A DNA stretch of 63,928 bases, counting the filler, from an uncultured Methanoregulaceae archaeon (GTDB lineage Archaea > Halobacteriota > Methanomicrobia > Methanomicrobiales > Methanospirillaceae): NCBI GenBank assembly GCA_964530035.1. It is 5 parts of 5 records of this genome, joined end to end, with 100 filler letters (N's around TTAATTAATTAA, not from the genome) between each part and the next. Parts side by side here need not be neighbours in the genome. Positions count along the whole stretch, not along the records: positions 1 to 14,542 come from CAZGXZ010000051.1; 4 more parts are not named here. One strand, given 5' to 3'. The translations under genes and the position numbers were made by a program. This document shows, piece after piece, positions 1 to 8,698 of the stretch. Numbering within the stretch: the stretch's first letter is position 1; each line of letters opens with the position of its first letter. The notes under the pieces were generated by a model. The model did no database searches, was not told where the DNA came from, and saw only the letters and a list, made by a program, of their open reading frames with translations.

Positions 1-240
1 AAGATACCCCGCCGCCCCCGACGGGCGCCCCGGCGGCGGTCTCACGGCCCTTCAGGATGATTTCGAACTGAAAAAATCTCGCTGAAGACTTGAACTACAA
101 AAAACATGCTGTAAACAACGCTGATAAAGGAACTGCAAACGACTTGCCAAGGCTATCGTATTCAGGGGGTCTGGGGGGGCGGCAGCCCCCCGGTTTAAAT
201 CCCTTTCATCCTCTGCCTGTTAAAGGTGAAAAAATCGGCT
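1..240 (+). repeat. Non-coding GC-hairpin dispersed repeat, copy 1 (cut by window start)
   Basis: Aligns by eye to the reverse complement of ~8070-8315 (position 1 = 8315). The first 44 nt differ at one base; the middle is diverged; GGCTATCGTA-n2-CAGGGGGT...GCGGCAGCCCCC is shared. Confidence 0.85.
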
Positions 241-355
241 CTCTAAAATCATCTAATCTGAATTAGAGCTGACGGAGGTCTCTCATAGTGGGGGAATAAA
301 TTCAATATATGGAGGACTTTACCGGGCCCAGGGAAACACATTCAAAAAAAGTACC

Positions 356-1228
356 TTACAGGCAGGGCCACAGTCCATACGGGCAGCTGCCTGATGAACG
401 GGACGTATCAATGACGGTTTCCCCGCCTGCCCTGACGACCGCGGTCCCGCTCCATGCGACCTGGCTCAGGTTCCCGGGTGCACTGACGATGAGGTCATAG
501 GTACCCTGCGGTACAGCGTCCATCCAGTAAACCGGTGTCCTCCCCACCTGGTAGTGCCATTTTCCGTCGAGGATCGGCATCGAACGATTGTAAAAGAGAG
601 ACCTTAAACTGACATCGTAGCCGTCTTCAGGTGTCCTGATAACAAGGCTCCCGAGTCCCGATTCGGCCGGACTGGGGGTACGGGTCGGCGTGGGGGTTGG
701 CGGAGGGACCTCCCGGAGCTTGATGGAGACGGTTATGCCCCGGGGAGGTTTCATGATGAAATACCGCGTGGCGTCCTGGTACCCGGGCATACGGAGTAAA
801 AGGAGGTGGGAACCTTTCGCGACACCCGATGAGTTCCACGGCGTGTTCCCGGCCTTTTTTCCATCAAGGAACAGTTCTGCCCCGGGTGGGTCGGACACCA
901 CTGATACGGTTCCAAATCCGGGCTCCAGAACCGGGACGACTTTCACGGTGGACCCTTTCCTGACGATGACCCGTTTTGTCCAGGTCGTCGAGCCGGGTCC
1001 CGAGGCCGAAACCATGTGGGTGCCGGCCGGGACCGTCACCGTCAGGGAAGGGGGTATGGTACCGGCAGGTACCCCGTCGATGGACACGGCTGCCCCGCCG
1101 GCAGGTACCCATCCCTGAGACACGACGTTTATCGTCCCGTTTGTCTGGATTGCTGCCGTTGCCGGAAATGCAACGGCCAGGGACAGCAGGAGTATACCTG
1201 CGATGAAAAAGGAACACGAGGATCTCAT
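356..1228 (-). CDS. Secreted PEGA-domain (S-layer-associated) protein
   Basis: Signal peptide, PEGA motifs (VVSDPPGAELFLDG..G.TP), PT-rich linker. Confidence 0.8.
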   Translation of the reverse strand: MRSSCSFFIAGILLLSLAVAFPATAAIQTNGTINVVSQGWVPAGGAAVSIDGVPAGTIPPSLTVTVPAGTHMVSASGPGSTTWTKRVIVRKGSTVKVVPVLEPGFGTVSVVSDPPGAELFLDGKKAGNTPWNSSGVAKGSHLLLLRMPGYQDATRYFIMKPPRGITVSIKLREVPPPTPTPTRTPSPAESGLGSLVIRTPEDGYDVSLRSLFYNRSMPILDGKWHYQVGRTPVYWMDAVPQGTYDLIVSAPGNLSQVAWSGTAVVRAGGETVIDTSRSSGSCPYGLWPCL

Positions 1229-1300
1229 GGGCACCTCTGATGATCTGACAGGCAGATATAACCGTCGGCCTGCGATAAGAGTATCGATCCGGGAAAAAAA

Positions 1301-1846
1301 TTAGATTCTGATAATCTTGTCGAGCGTGACGGTAAAGTGCAGCGTCTGCCCGGCAAGCGGGTGGTTTTCATCGATGGTCACCCAGCTCTGGTTTACCCTG
1401 AGGACCCTGACCGAACCTGCGCTCCCGTCAGGACGGGTGAACCTGATGATGTCTCCCGGCGTGAGGTTCATCTGTTCCAGGCCGCCGATCCTCTCCATGT
1501 CCTGCACCAGCTCGGGGTGATAGGCATATCCCTGTTCGGCAGGTATCGTGAGGTTCTTCGTCTCGCCAGCATTCATTCCCGTGACCCCCTGGTCAAAGCC
1601 CTTGATCATCGAGCCGTCGCCGAGTTTGAACGTCAGGGGAGCCTTTCCGACGTTGCTGTCGAATATCTGGCCGTTGTCGAGGTACCCGGTATAGGTTACG
1701 TTTACGGTATCCCCGGCCTTGGCCGCCTCCCCAGCGGTGGAACTGGCACAACCGGCAATCGCCGCGGCACCGAGGACAACCGCGGCAAGGAGAACGGGCA
1801 CAAGAACCCTTTTCAGGAGAGGGTGCTTTTCAATGACGCGTGACAT
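1301..1846 (-). CDS. FKBP-type peptidyl-prolyl isomerase (SlyD-like), lipoprotein-type signal
   Basis: GDTVNVTYTGYLDNGQIFDS, MIKGFD, DENHPLAGQTLHF motifs; hydrophobic N-terminus ending IAGC. Confidence 0.9.
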   Translation of the reverse strand: MSRVIEKHPLLKRVLVPVLLAAVVLGAAAIAGCASSTAGEAAKAGDTVNVTYTGYLDNGQIFDSNVGKAPLTFKLGDGSMIKGFDQGVTGMNAGETKNLTIPAEQGYAYHPELVQDMERIGGLEQMNLTPGDIIRFTRPDGSAGSVRVLRVNQSWVTIDENHPLAGQTLHFTVTLDKIIRI

Positions 1847-1893
1847 GTGTAATGTGGTAGGCGCGGTTGGCTTATGAATGCACCCGTACCCCT

Positions 1894-2361
1894 TCACGGA
1901 CGGTAGTACATCGCCATGGTATCGCCATACTGGAGGACATGTCCTCTCATGGCCGCAATAAGGGCGTGCTTATCGCTTCCCGGTGCAAGGCAAGGTCTCA
2001 TATCAAGGACGTATACCCTGAAGAGGTAGCGGTGTGTTTCCCCTGGCGGCGGGCAGGGGCCGTGGTAACCGGTCTCCCCGTAATCGTTCGTCCCCTGGAC
2101 TGACCGTACCGGTATGACCGTTACCGGCTCCCGTGGGATCCCCGGGGGTATGACCGGCGTCGGAGGAAGGTCCCAGATGACCCACGGGCAGAATGAACAA
2201 CCCGTTTCAAAAGGGTTGACTGTAATGACGGCCATGCTTTCCGCATCAGGGTGGAGATCACCGGTCCTGATCTCGGGTGAGACGTTTCCCCCGTCACAGG
2301 TATACCGGGGAGGGAACTCGGTGAAACCAAGCCGTACCCTGAGGGGTTCAACGGTTTTCAT
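1894..2361 (-). CDS. YbhB/YbcL (PEBP/RKIP-like) protein
   Basis: YTCDGGNVSP, GYHGPCPP.GETHRYLFRVY motifs. Confidence 0.9.
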   Translation of the reverse strand: MKTVEPLRVRLGFTEFPPRYTCDGGNVSPEIRTGDLHPDAESMAVITVNPFETGCSFCPWVIWDLPPTPVIPPGIPREPVTVIPVRSVQGTNDYGETGYHGPCPPPGETHRYLFRVYVLDMRPCLAPGSDKHALIAAMRGHVLQYGDTMAMYYRP

Positions 2362-2546
2362 TTCGTTTCGGAGAGGAGAACGCCTGCCTTCCCGATATTC
2401 TCCCGGTCCAGCTCCTCCACGAGGACCGTCACCATGTCCGGAGGGACATGAAGGGTCTTGACGAGTGTTTCCGTGAACTGGCGGACGACCTCGCGTTTCT
2501 GTTCGAGGGTCCTCCCCTTTGCCATCTTGAGTATGACGACCGGCAT
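2358..2546 (-). CDS. 4-oxalocrotonate tautomerase family (DmpI-like)
   Basis: N-terminal M-P catalytic proline, GRTLEQKR, 62 aa. Confidence 0.9.
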   Translation of the reverse strand: MPVVILKMAKGRTLEQKREVVRQFTETLVKTLHVPPDMVTVLVEELDRENIGKAGVLLSETK

Positions 2547-2702
2547 GTGTAGGTCACCTGGGTATAGGGATGAGTATAGGTGCCGCATCCGGATGATGGT
2601 TTTGGAAACGACCTGTCCCAGGGCCGGGTACAGGTCGCACCATGACGGTCGTCTACCGGGTCCCGCTTTACCGTGTTCATTCCCCTCCCGGTGTTACCTT
2701 TC

Positions 2703-3272
2703 CTAGATGGCAAACAGCTCCCGGCTTCCGGTTACCGCAAGGCTTCCGGCACGCACCCCGAAGTCAAGCCATCCATGCCCGTAGCTGTACCAGAACAATG
2801 CCGTCGTCTGTACTCCTGACTGTGCCGCGAGGTTCCCCTCGTCCCATGAAGAACGGGCGGTTTCGACCAGCCGCAGAGCCCAGGGAAAAAGACAGGACTC
2901 AGGGTCGGGGGCAGGCCTGACATGGGCCAGGGCCCGGGACAGCATGTCGCCGTATTTTTCCCGTTTCATCACCATCCCTTCGTTGCATGGGACATCATCC
3001 ATGTGCTCCAGGAGTTCGCGGACAGGGACGGTCCCGGTGGAGAAAAGGCCATAGGAACAGGCGGCATCATGCCACCCCATGGCATAGGAATAACTTGCAA
3101 GACCGTTTTTCAGGTCTCCGGAGCTGCTGAACCGGTCGCCGTCATCAAGGTATGACCTGACCATCAGGGCAGCTTCACCGGCACAGTCGTGGAGGGGCGT
3201 CTGTTTCGGAAATGCCGGTTCCTTCGGGATACCTGCGGCTGAAATGCGTTCACGGAATTCCTGGAGGGTCAT
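2703..3272 (-). CDS. DUF357-domain protein (two tandem repeats)
   Basis: Repeated SY..D...F...GD...A..YSYA.GW.D pattern; adjacent to dph5 as is typical. Confidence 0.75.
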   Translation of the reverse strand: MTLQEFRERISAAGIPKEPAFPKQTPLHDCAGEAALMVRSYLDDGDRFSSSGDLKNGLASYSYAMGWHDAACSYGLFSTGTVPVRELLEHMDDVPCNEGMVMKREKYGDMLSRALAHVRPAPDPESCLFPWALRLVETARSSWDEGNLAAQSGVQTTALFWYSYGHGWLDFGVRAGSLAVTGSRELFAI

Positions 3273-4018
3273 AGGCCTGCAAATGCCTTCAGGTATGCTT
3301 CTTCCATCATGTGAAGCTTGGCGGGCACGGCAAGGATATGGAGCGGCCCGCCGAAGTCATGGTTGATCAGGGCCTGTGCCGGACCGGCTCGGACCTCGAC
3401 GTCCGGGGCTCCTGCCCGTGCAATACCGACATAAAGCGGGATGGCCTGTTTTTTTCGTTCCGAGATGGCTTCGAGCATGGACACCGCCTCCTGGATCGTC
3501 ATGTACCGCCTGTCCCGTATGTCGAGGTACACGAGAGTATGGAGGTTTTCGGCAAGGTTCCCTGAAATCACGTCAAAGGGCGTTTCCGGGGCCCATTTTC
3601 CATGGGGAAACGGGAGGGAGCATGACTTTCCGAACCGGTAGTTCTGGAGCCCTGACAAGCCGCAGACCGCTGTCTGGATGGACGCCCCGTGGATAATCCG
3701 GGTCGTAATCCCCCGTTCGTGGGCCCTGAGCCTGAGGTCTGCATGGGTCGTCGAGACCATGGAGTCCCCGGCGGTCAGAAAAACGGCATTTCCGCTTTCA
3801 GCGGCGTCAAGGATCGGATCCGGGTTCAGCTCCACGTCCTCCCTTGAGAGGGCCCTGACCGTCCTTTCATAGAGGTGTTCGAGGTGTTCTTTCGTCGTCC
3901 CGGTGAGGAGGGAGGTATACTCCTCGAGGAACACAGCATCGGCCTCCCTGATGAGGTTCAGGCCCTTGACGGATACGTCCTCATGGTCATAGAGGCCGAG
4001 GCCGATAAAGGTGAGCAC
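3269..4018 (-). CDS. dph5: Diphthine synthase
   Basis: MLTFIGLGL, GDSMVSTTH, GLQNYRFGKS, LHTLVYLDI, DFGGPLH. Confidence 0.96.
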   Translation of the reverse strand: MLTFIGLGLYDHEDVSVKGLNLIREADAVFLEEYTSLLTGTTKEHLEHLYERTVRALSREDVELNPDPILDAAESGNAVFLTAGDSMVSTTHADLRLRAHERGITTRIIHGASIQTAVCGLSGLQNYRFGKSCSLPFPHGKWAPETPFDVISGNLAENLHTLVYLDIRDRRYMTIQEAVSMLEAISERKKQAIPLYVGIARAGAPDVEVRAGPAQALINHDFGGPLHILAVPAKLHMMEEAYLKAFAGL

Positions 4019-4022
4019 CCTA

Positions 4023-5231
4023 TCACACCCCGTTTCCGAATGCTCCCGGGAGCGGGGGCTCCTCCCCTTCGTCGTAGCTGAACAGGGTGATGTGTTCTAT
4101 GAGTGAGGAAACGATTGCCCGGACCGCGGGCTTATCAAGACAGGAGATAAAGTGGACTGCCACCGCCTGTCGTATCCCGAGCTCCCGCCTGATGTCCTCC
4201 TCGGTCATCTGGTGGGGGAGGTCGCTCTTCGTGGCGACAACGATGAGCGGAAGTGCCGACCCCCGTGTCGCAATGAGGAGATCCCTGGCACGCGGGAGTG
4301 TGTCCGGCCTGGTCACATCAACAAGGAGGATCACACCCATGGCATGGCGGACAAGCTGCGAAATGATCGGGTCGAAGCGGCTGTACCCGGGAGTCCCGTA
4401 GAGGGTTATATCAAATCCCTGCCAGTTGAGCCTGCCGAGGTCCATCGCGACCGTGGTCGCCACCCCCTTCATGTCAGTCCCGTCAACCGAAAGGCCGTGG
4501 TCTGATGCATTCGCGACGAAGGTGGACTTCCCCGACTGGGCAGGCCCTGTCACGACGATCTTTGAAATATACGGGGTGATCGACAATCCGGTCAGGATAT
4601 AGGGAATTGAACGGCGGGGTACCAAGGTCCATGAACAGTGCTCGATGGTGAAGAAGTTGAAGAACGGGATATAGTTATACCCGCTCCGGATCGAGACCAC
4701 AAGGTCGAACCCGCTTTCACCGGAGCAGCTCCGGATGAGGGGGTCGCCACCGAAATTCAGGAGTTCGACGACCAGCAGCGGGCCATCCGCCATATCAGAA
4801 AAATCGAGGGCTGCAAGACCCTGTGAGAGCCCGAGGGTCTCATAGACCATGTCAAAGTAAACGAAGACGAATGCAGCACCAATTTCCGTGCATACCCTGC
4901 GGATATGCCCCTTGAATTCCTTGTGGAACCTCTTGGCATCCGGGTTCCGTTTTTTCATCGCCATCCATTCGACCTGGGAAAAGAACGTTATCTGGTCCCT
5001 GTGGTCTCCTATATCGAACCCGGCGGTGGAAAGGTCGTACAGGTAGACATCAGGGGTCGTGTGGGGGATGATGACGCAGCAGCGTTTCCCATCTGAAAGT
5101 GCTTCAGCAAGCATATGTATGAGAAAGATCTGCCCGTCGGCCATCGGTTCCATGGCAAAGAGGATCCGGGCATTTGAGGGTGCCCCGCCCTCCAGCATCT
5201 CGTCAATTCCTTTCACCCCTATCGGTATCAT
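4023..5231 (-). CDS. Degenerate KaiC/RAD55-like domain fused to MglA-like small GTPase
   Basis: N-term IGVKGIDEMLEGG without a Walker A; C-term G1 GPAQSGKST, TTVAMD, GTPG, TKSD, SCL. Confidence 0.8.
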   Translation of the reverse strand: MIPIGVKGIDEMLEGGAPSNARILFAMEPMADGQIFLIHMLAEALSDGKRCCVIIPHTTPDVYLYDLSTAGFDIGDHRDQITFFSQVEWMAMKKRNPDAKRFHKEFKGHIRRVCTEIGAAFVFVYFDMVYETLGLSQGLAALDFSDMADGPLLVVELLNFGGDPLIRSCSGESGFDLVVSIRSGYNYIPFFNFFTIEHCSWTLVPRRSIPYILTGLSITPYISKIVVTGPAQSGKSTFVANASDHGLSVDGTDMKGVATTVAMDLGRLNWQGFDITLYGTPGYSRFDPIISQLVRHAMGVILLVDVTRPDTLPRARDLLIATRGSALPLIVVATKSDLPHQMTEEDIRRELGIRQAVAVHFISCLDKPAVRAIVSSLIEHITLFSYDEGEEPPLPGAFGNGV

Positions 5232-5935
5232 TCACCCACCACCAGTTCCATCTCCTCGAACCTGAACGGGATCCAGTCCAGGACACTCCCCCCTGCCCCC
5301 CGTATGCGCATTTCCATCCGGTTATCTCCTCCACGCACCTCGACAACGACTGTCATCAGCTGTTTGAGAATCGACACGGTCTTTTCATCAAAGGACTCGT
5401 TGTTGAGGAGGTATACCCCCATCCCCTCCATTTTTTTAAGCTTTGCCGAAAGGACGTGGAGGAACTGGTACAGGACCTCCAGCTTGCGGAACATGAGGAG
5501 GGTTGAAAGTGACTGGACGCAGAACCTGACCGGAGGGGGGTAAATGCCGCTGTCATCCGAGGGGAACTTGCCGGTAAAGATGGACTCCGAGATCTGTGAG
5601 AACTTGATCCCTATCCCGGTAAGGTCACTCGGGCTTGACACGTACTTGACGGCAAGCGAGTCCGCGGACTGCGGGGAGGAGGACTTCGTGATGGCATCGA
5701 TGATGCCGACCCGGGAGATATCGAAGTTGCAGGTATGCAGCGATCTCACGAGGTCCTGGACCTGCTCGTCCGTCGTCAGGAAGATGGCGTACTCTCCGTC
5801 GTTCAGGCGTGCGAAGGTGCGTGCCAGTTCTTCACCGAGCGAAAACGGAGGAGCGAGGATGAGGATGTTCGTCCCGGGGGCGAATCCCCCGAAGACTCCG
5901 TCTATAACCCCGACTCCGGTCAGGTAACGATGCAT
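5228..5935 (-). CDS. KaiC/RAD55-like RecA-superfamily protein, degenerate P-loop
   Basis: TGVGVIDGVFGGF.PGTNILI, SPSDLTGIGI, SLSTLLM; no GKT/S. Confidence 0.8.
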   Translation of the reverse strand: MHRYLTGVGVIDGVFGGFAPGTNILILAPPFSLGEELARTFARLNDGEYAIFLTTDEQVQDLVRSLHTCNFDISRVGIIDAITKSSSPQSADSLAVKYVSSPSDLTGIGIKFSQISESIFTGKFPSDDSGIYPPPVRFCVQSLSTLLMFRKLEVLYQFLHVLSAKLKKMEGMGVYLLNNESFDEKTVSILKQLMTVVVEVRGGDNRMEMRIRGAGGSVLDWIPFRFEEMELVVGE

Positions 5936-6201
5936 TCCCGTGTACTCAATGATTCCACGAACAGGTTTATAAGTATTCTCGGATTGAAAAGAAATGGTAG
6001 TTTTTCCTGCTTTTCTTTGAGATATCCCGATCATGAGATGGTGCTCTGCATGGCGGGCATGCAAAAAATTTTTCCTGGTATGCTGTCGGACCCTTTGAGG
6101 TGGGCCCGGCCAATTAGGGTGCTATCGGTTTCGGAAACATACGAGCTCAATTTCACCCGGGAGTTATCGTACGATAGTCTCTGAAGAATAAAATGTCTGG
6201 T

Positions 6202-6256
6202 TGTCTTAATTTTTTAACTATTCTGATTATTCTGATAATTAAGAATGTTATAAATA
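6202..6256 (+). promoter_or_regulatory. Promoter of hgc operon: tandem TATTCTGAT repeats plus TATA box
   Basis: TATTCTGAT at 6219-6227 and 6228-6236, inverted half-site TAAGAAT after them, TTATAAATA at 6248-6256. Confidence 0.5.
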
Positions 6257-6287
6257 TTCGATGCAGGAAACATACATCCAGTATCTC

Positions 6288-6578
6288 ATGACCAGACCAT
6301 GTAAAGATTCAGATGAAAAGGGTCGGGATGACCTCTCCTGCGGCTGTAGCCCGGGTAACGGCTGCCGGGTCGAAGCAGTACTAAGCATCGACGAGCGAGG
6401 CCAGATGGTGCTCCCGAAGGACGTGCGGGAGAAGGCGGGCATCAGGAGCGGGGACAAGCTTGCCCTCATCAGCTGGGAAAGGGACGGCGAGGTCTGCTGC
6501 CTCGCCCTCATCAGGGCGGAGGGCCTGAGCAGCATGGTGCGCGACCTGATCGGCCCGGTCATCCAGCCGCAGGGATAG
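6288..6578 (+). CDS. HgcAB-associated AbrB-like protein (HgcC-like)
   Basis: SIDERGQMVLPKDVREKAGIRSGDKL AbrB motif, VCCL, directly upstream of hgcA. ATG 6288 preferred over 6261 because of TATA spacing. Confidence 0.85.
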   Translation: MTRPCKDSDEKGRDDLSCGCSPGNGCRVEAVLSIDERGQMVLPKDVREKAGIRSGDKLALISWERDGEVCCLALIRAEGLSSMVRDLIGPVIQPQG

Positions 6579-6593
6579 GTGGGGAGGACCACC

Positions 6594-7673
6594 ATGGAAG
6601 GACCAGACAACCAGAAGACCTGCTGCTCCTGCGGGCCGTGCGAAACGGAGGAGGCGGTGAAACCGTGTTGCGGTGGTACCGGGACAGCCCCTGGCCCCAG
6701 CATCATGGAAACCACGGGCATTATATCTCCTTCAGACCGGCTCGACCATTTCCTTGCACGGTGGGGAGTGAACCGGATGGGACACATCGTCACACCGGGT
6801 CTCTACCGCCTCAACAACCCCTCGGCTGATTCGCCGGTCTTTTCGTCCGCGAACTACTCCCTGAGCTTTGATGCACTCCGGGAGGCTCTTGGAAAAACGG
6901 ATGCCTACATCCTGGTGCTTGATACGAAGGGGATCAATGTCTGGTGCGCCGCTGGCAAGGGGACCTTCGGGACGGCTGAACTGGTCCGGCGGATCAGCTC
7001 GACCGGCCTTCCGGGAGTCGTCGGACACCGGAGGATCATCCTCCCCCAGCTCGGGGCGCCAGGGGTCTCGGCCCCGGAGGTTACGAAACGCACCGGCTTT
7101 TCCGTTGAATACGGCCCGGTCAGGGCAGCGGACCTCCCGGAATACTTAAAGACACATACCGCGACCCCTGGGATGCGGACGGTCAGGTTCACCCTGACAG
7201 ACCGCCTCGTCCTCACTCCGGTCGAACTCGTGCATACCCTCCTGCCCATGGTCGCCGCTGCTGCCGTCCTGTTCTTCCTTGCCGGGTGGATAGCCGCCCT
7301 CGTGGCGATAAGCGCTGTGCTTGCCGGAACGGTCCTCTTTCCAGCCCTGCTGCCGGTCCTCCCGACAAAGGACTTCAGCACGAAGGGCTTCCTCCTCGGG
7401 CTTGTTGTCGCCCTTCCCTTTGCGGCATTCTTTATCGGCGTATCCCCGGGACCAGGCCTGGCCGGAGCCCTTTCCGCCATAGCGGTGCTCCTTGCCATGC
7501 CTGCGGTCACCGCGTACCTTGCCCTGAACTTCACCGGCTCGACAACGTTCACCTCGCGGACCGGGGTGAAGAAGGAAATCTTCCGGTATGTCCCTGCGAT
7601 GGTGGTCATGGCCGTGGCCGGTCTTGCCGCCGGCATCGCCCTCGGCGTAATCCGCCTCCTGGGGGTGGCATGA
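6594..7673 (+). CDS. hgcA: Mercury methylation corrinoid protein HgcA
   Basis: Cap-helix motif NVWCAAGKGTF, ANYSLSFD, C-terminal TM helices with NFTGSTTFTSRTGV; GGAGG upstream of ATG 6594. Confidence 0.97.
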   Translation: MEGPDNQKTCCSCGPCETEEAVKPCCGGTGTAPGPSIMETTGIISPSDRLDHFLARWGVNRMGHIVTPGLYRLNNPSADSPVFSSANYSLSFDALREALGKTDAYILVLDTKGINVWCAAGKGTFGTAELVRRISSTGLPGVVGHRRIILPQLGAPGVSAPEVTKRTGFSVEYGPVRAADLPEYLKTHTATPGMRTVRFTLTDRLVLTPVELVHTLLPMVAAAAVLFFLAGWIAALVAISAVLAGTVLFPALLPVLPTKDFSTKGFLLGLVVALPFAAFFIGVSPGPGLAGALSAIAVLLAMPAVTAYLALNFTGSTTFTSRTGVKKEIFRYVPAMVVMAVAGLAAGIALGVIRLLGVA

Positions 7674-7984
7674 TGTTCGATTCCTACTCTGAAAACACCC
7701 TCAGGTTCTTCCCGGAACGGTGTATCAACTGCGGGAGGTGCACGCAGGTCTGCCCTCACCGGGTGTTTGCAGCGGGAGACGACCATGTCCTCCTTGACAA
7801 ACCCCGGGACTGCATGGAGTGCGGGGCATGTGCCATGAACTGCCCGGTTCAGGCAATTCAGGTCCAAAGCGGTGTCGGCTGTGCCTGGGCCATGATCAAC
7901 GCTGCTCTCAGGGGAAAGGACATGGACAGCGCCGAGTGCAGCTGCGGGGGACCTAACAGCTCGTGCTGCAATACTAAGGTTTAA
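7670..7984 (+). CDS. hgcB: Mercury methylation ferredoxin HgcB
   Basis: Two CxxCxxCxxxCP motifs (CMECGACAMNCP), GVGCA, C-terminal CC; ATGA overlap with hgcA. Confidence 0.97.
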   Translation: MMFDSYSENTLRFFPERCINCGRCTQVCPHRVFAAGDDHVLLDKPRDCMECGACAMNCPVQAIQVQSGVGCAWAMINAALRGKDMDSAECSCGGPNSSCCNTKV

Positions 7985-8067
7985 GCTGATGAAACCATCA
8001 AAACAATGATCGGGATTGTCTATTCAGAAAAACCCCTGCAATACCGGAAATATCCTCGGTGTGTATT

Positions 8068-8347
8068 CCCGATTCTTCTTGTTCCCATGGAGAAACAGGC
8101 AGAAGAGTTGAGGGATGAGTACCAGGGGGCTGCCGCGCCCCCCTAACCCCCTGCATACGATAGCCATGGCAAGCCGTTGGTGATTCCCTCTTCAGGGTTG
8201 TTTGTGGCATGGTTTTTGTATTTTTGTCTTCAGCGGGATTCATTCAGTTTAAAATCTTCATGAAAGGCCAATGAGACCGCCGCCGGGGCGCCCTTCGGGG
8301 GCGGCGGGGTATCTTTTCAGGGGTGTGGGGGCACGCCCCCACTGAAG
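8068..8347 (-). repeat. Non-coding GC-hairpin dispersed repeat, copy 2 (inverted relative to copy 1)
   Basis: Reverse complement matches 1-240; an extra terminal hairpin TTCAG-GGGTGTGGGGGCACGCCCCCA-CTGAA lies at ~8316-8346. Confidence 0.85.
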
Positions 8348-8698
8348 GGTTGATGATTCCAGGCTATCGGAAAGGATGATGGAACTGGTATTCGGCAAGG
8401 TCTGGAAACATTTAGGCTCTTATAGCATTGATTCTCAGTATTTCCCCGTTTTCATTGGAATACTGGGTGGCATGATGGGCCTCTGCCGTTCCTCGCGGAA
8501 AATTATCGAATCCTCCGGGGCATCTCGTTCATTCCCCCTATTGCGGGAGCATGTTATTTTTGGCAGCTCAACCTTCTGTGGATTGCTCCTTCCATACATG
8601 GAGGTGTCCTCCTGGTGGTATCGGAGTTCATGATGCGGGTTGCCGCTTCATCTCCAGCCGCGTCATGATGCAGCAATAAAATTCTTTTACCCTTATTT

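Noticed and set aside
7998..8243. 81-aa ORF within repeat copy 2
   Set aside because: Copy 1 lacks the start codon and has indels in the aligned region, so the element is non-coding.
8376..8680. 85-aa ORF and hydrophobic alternate frame next to repeat copy 2 (possible transposase or pseudogene)
   Set aside because: No HUH, DDE or other motif; cannot be supported as a gene.
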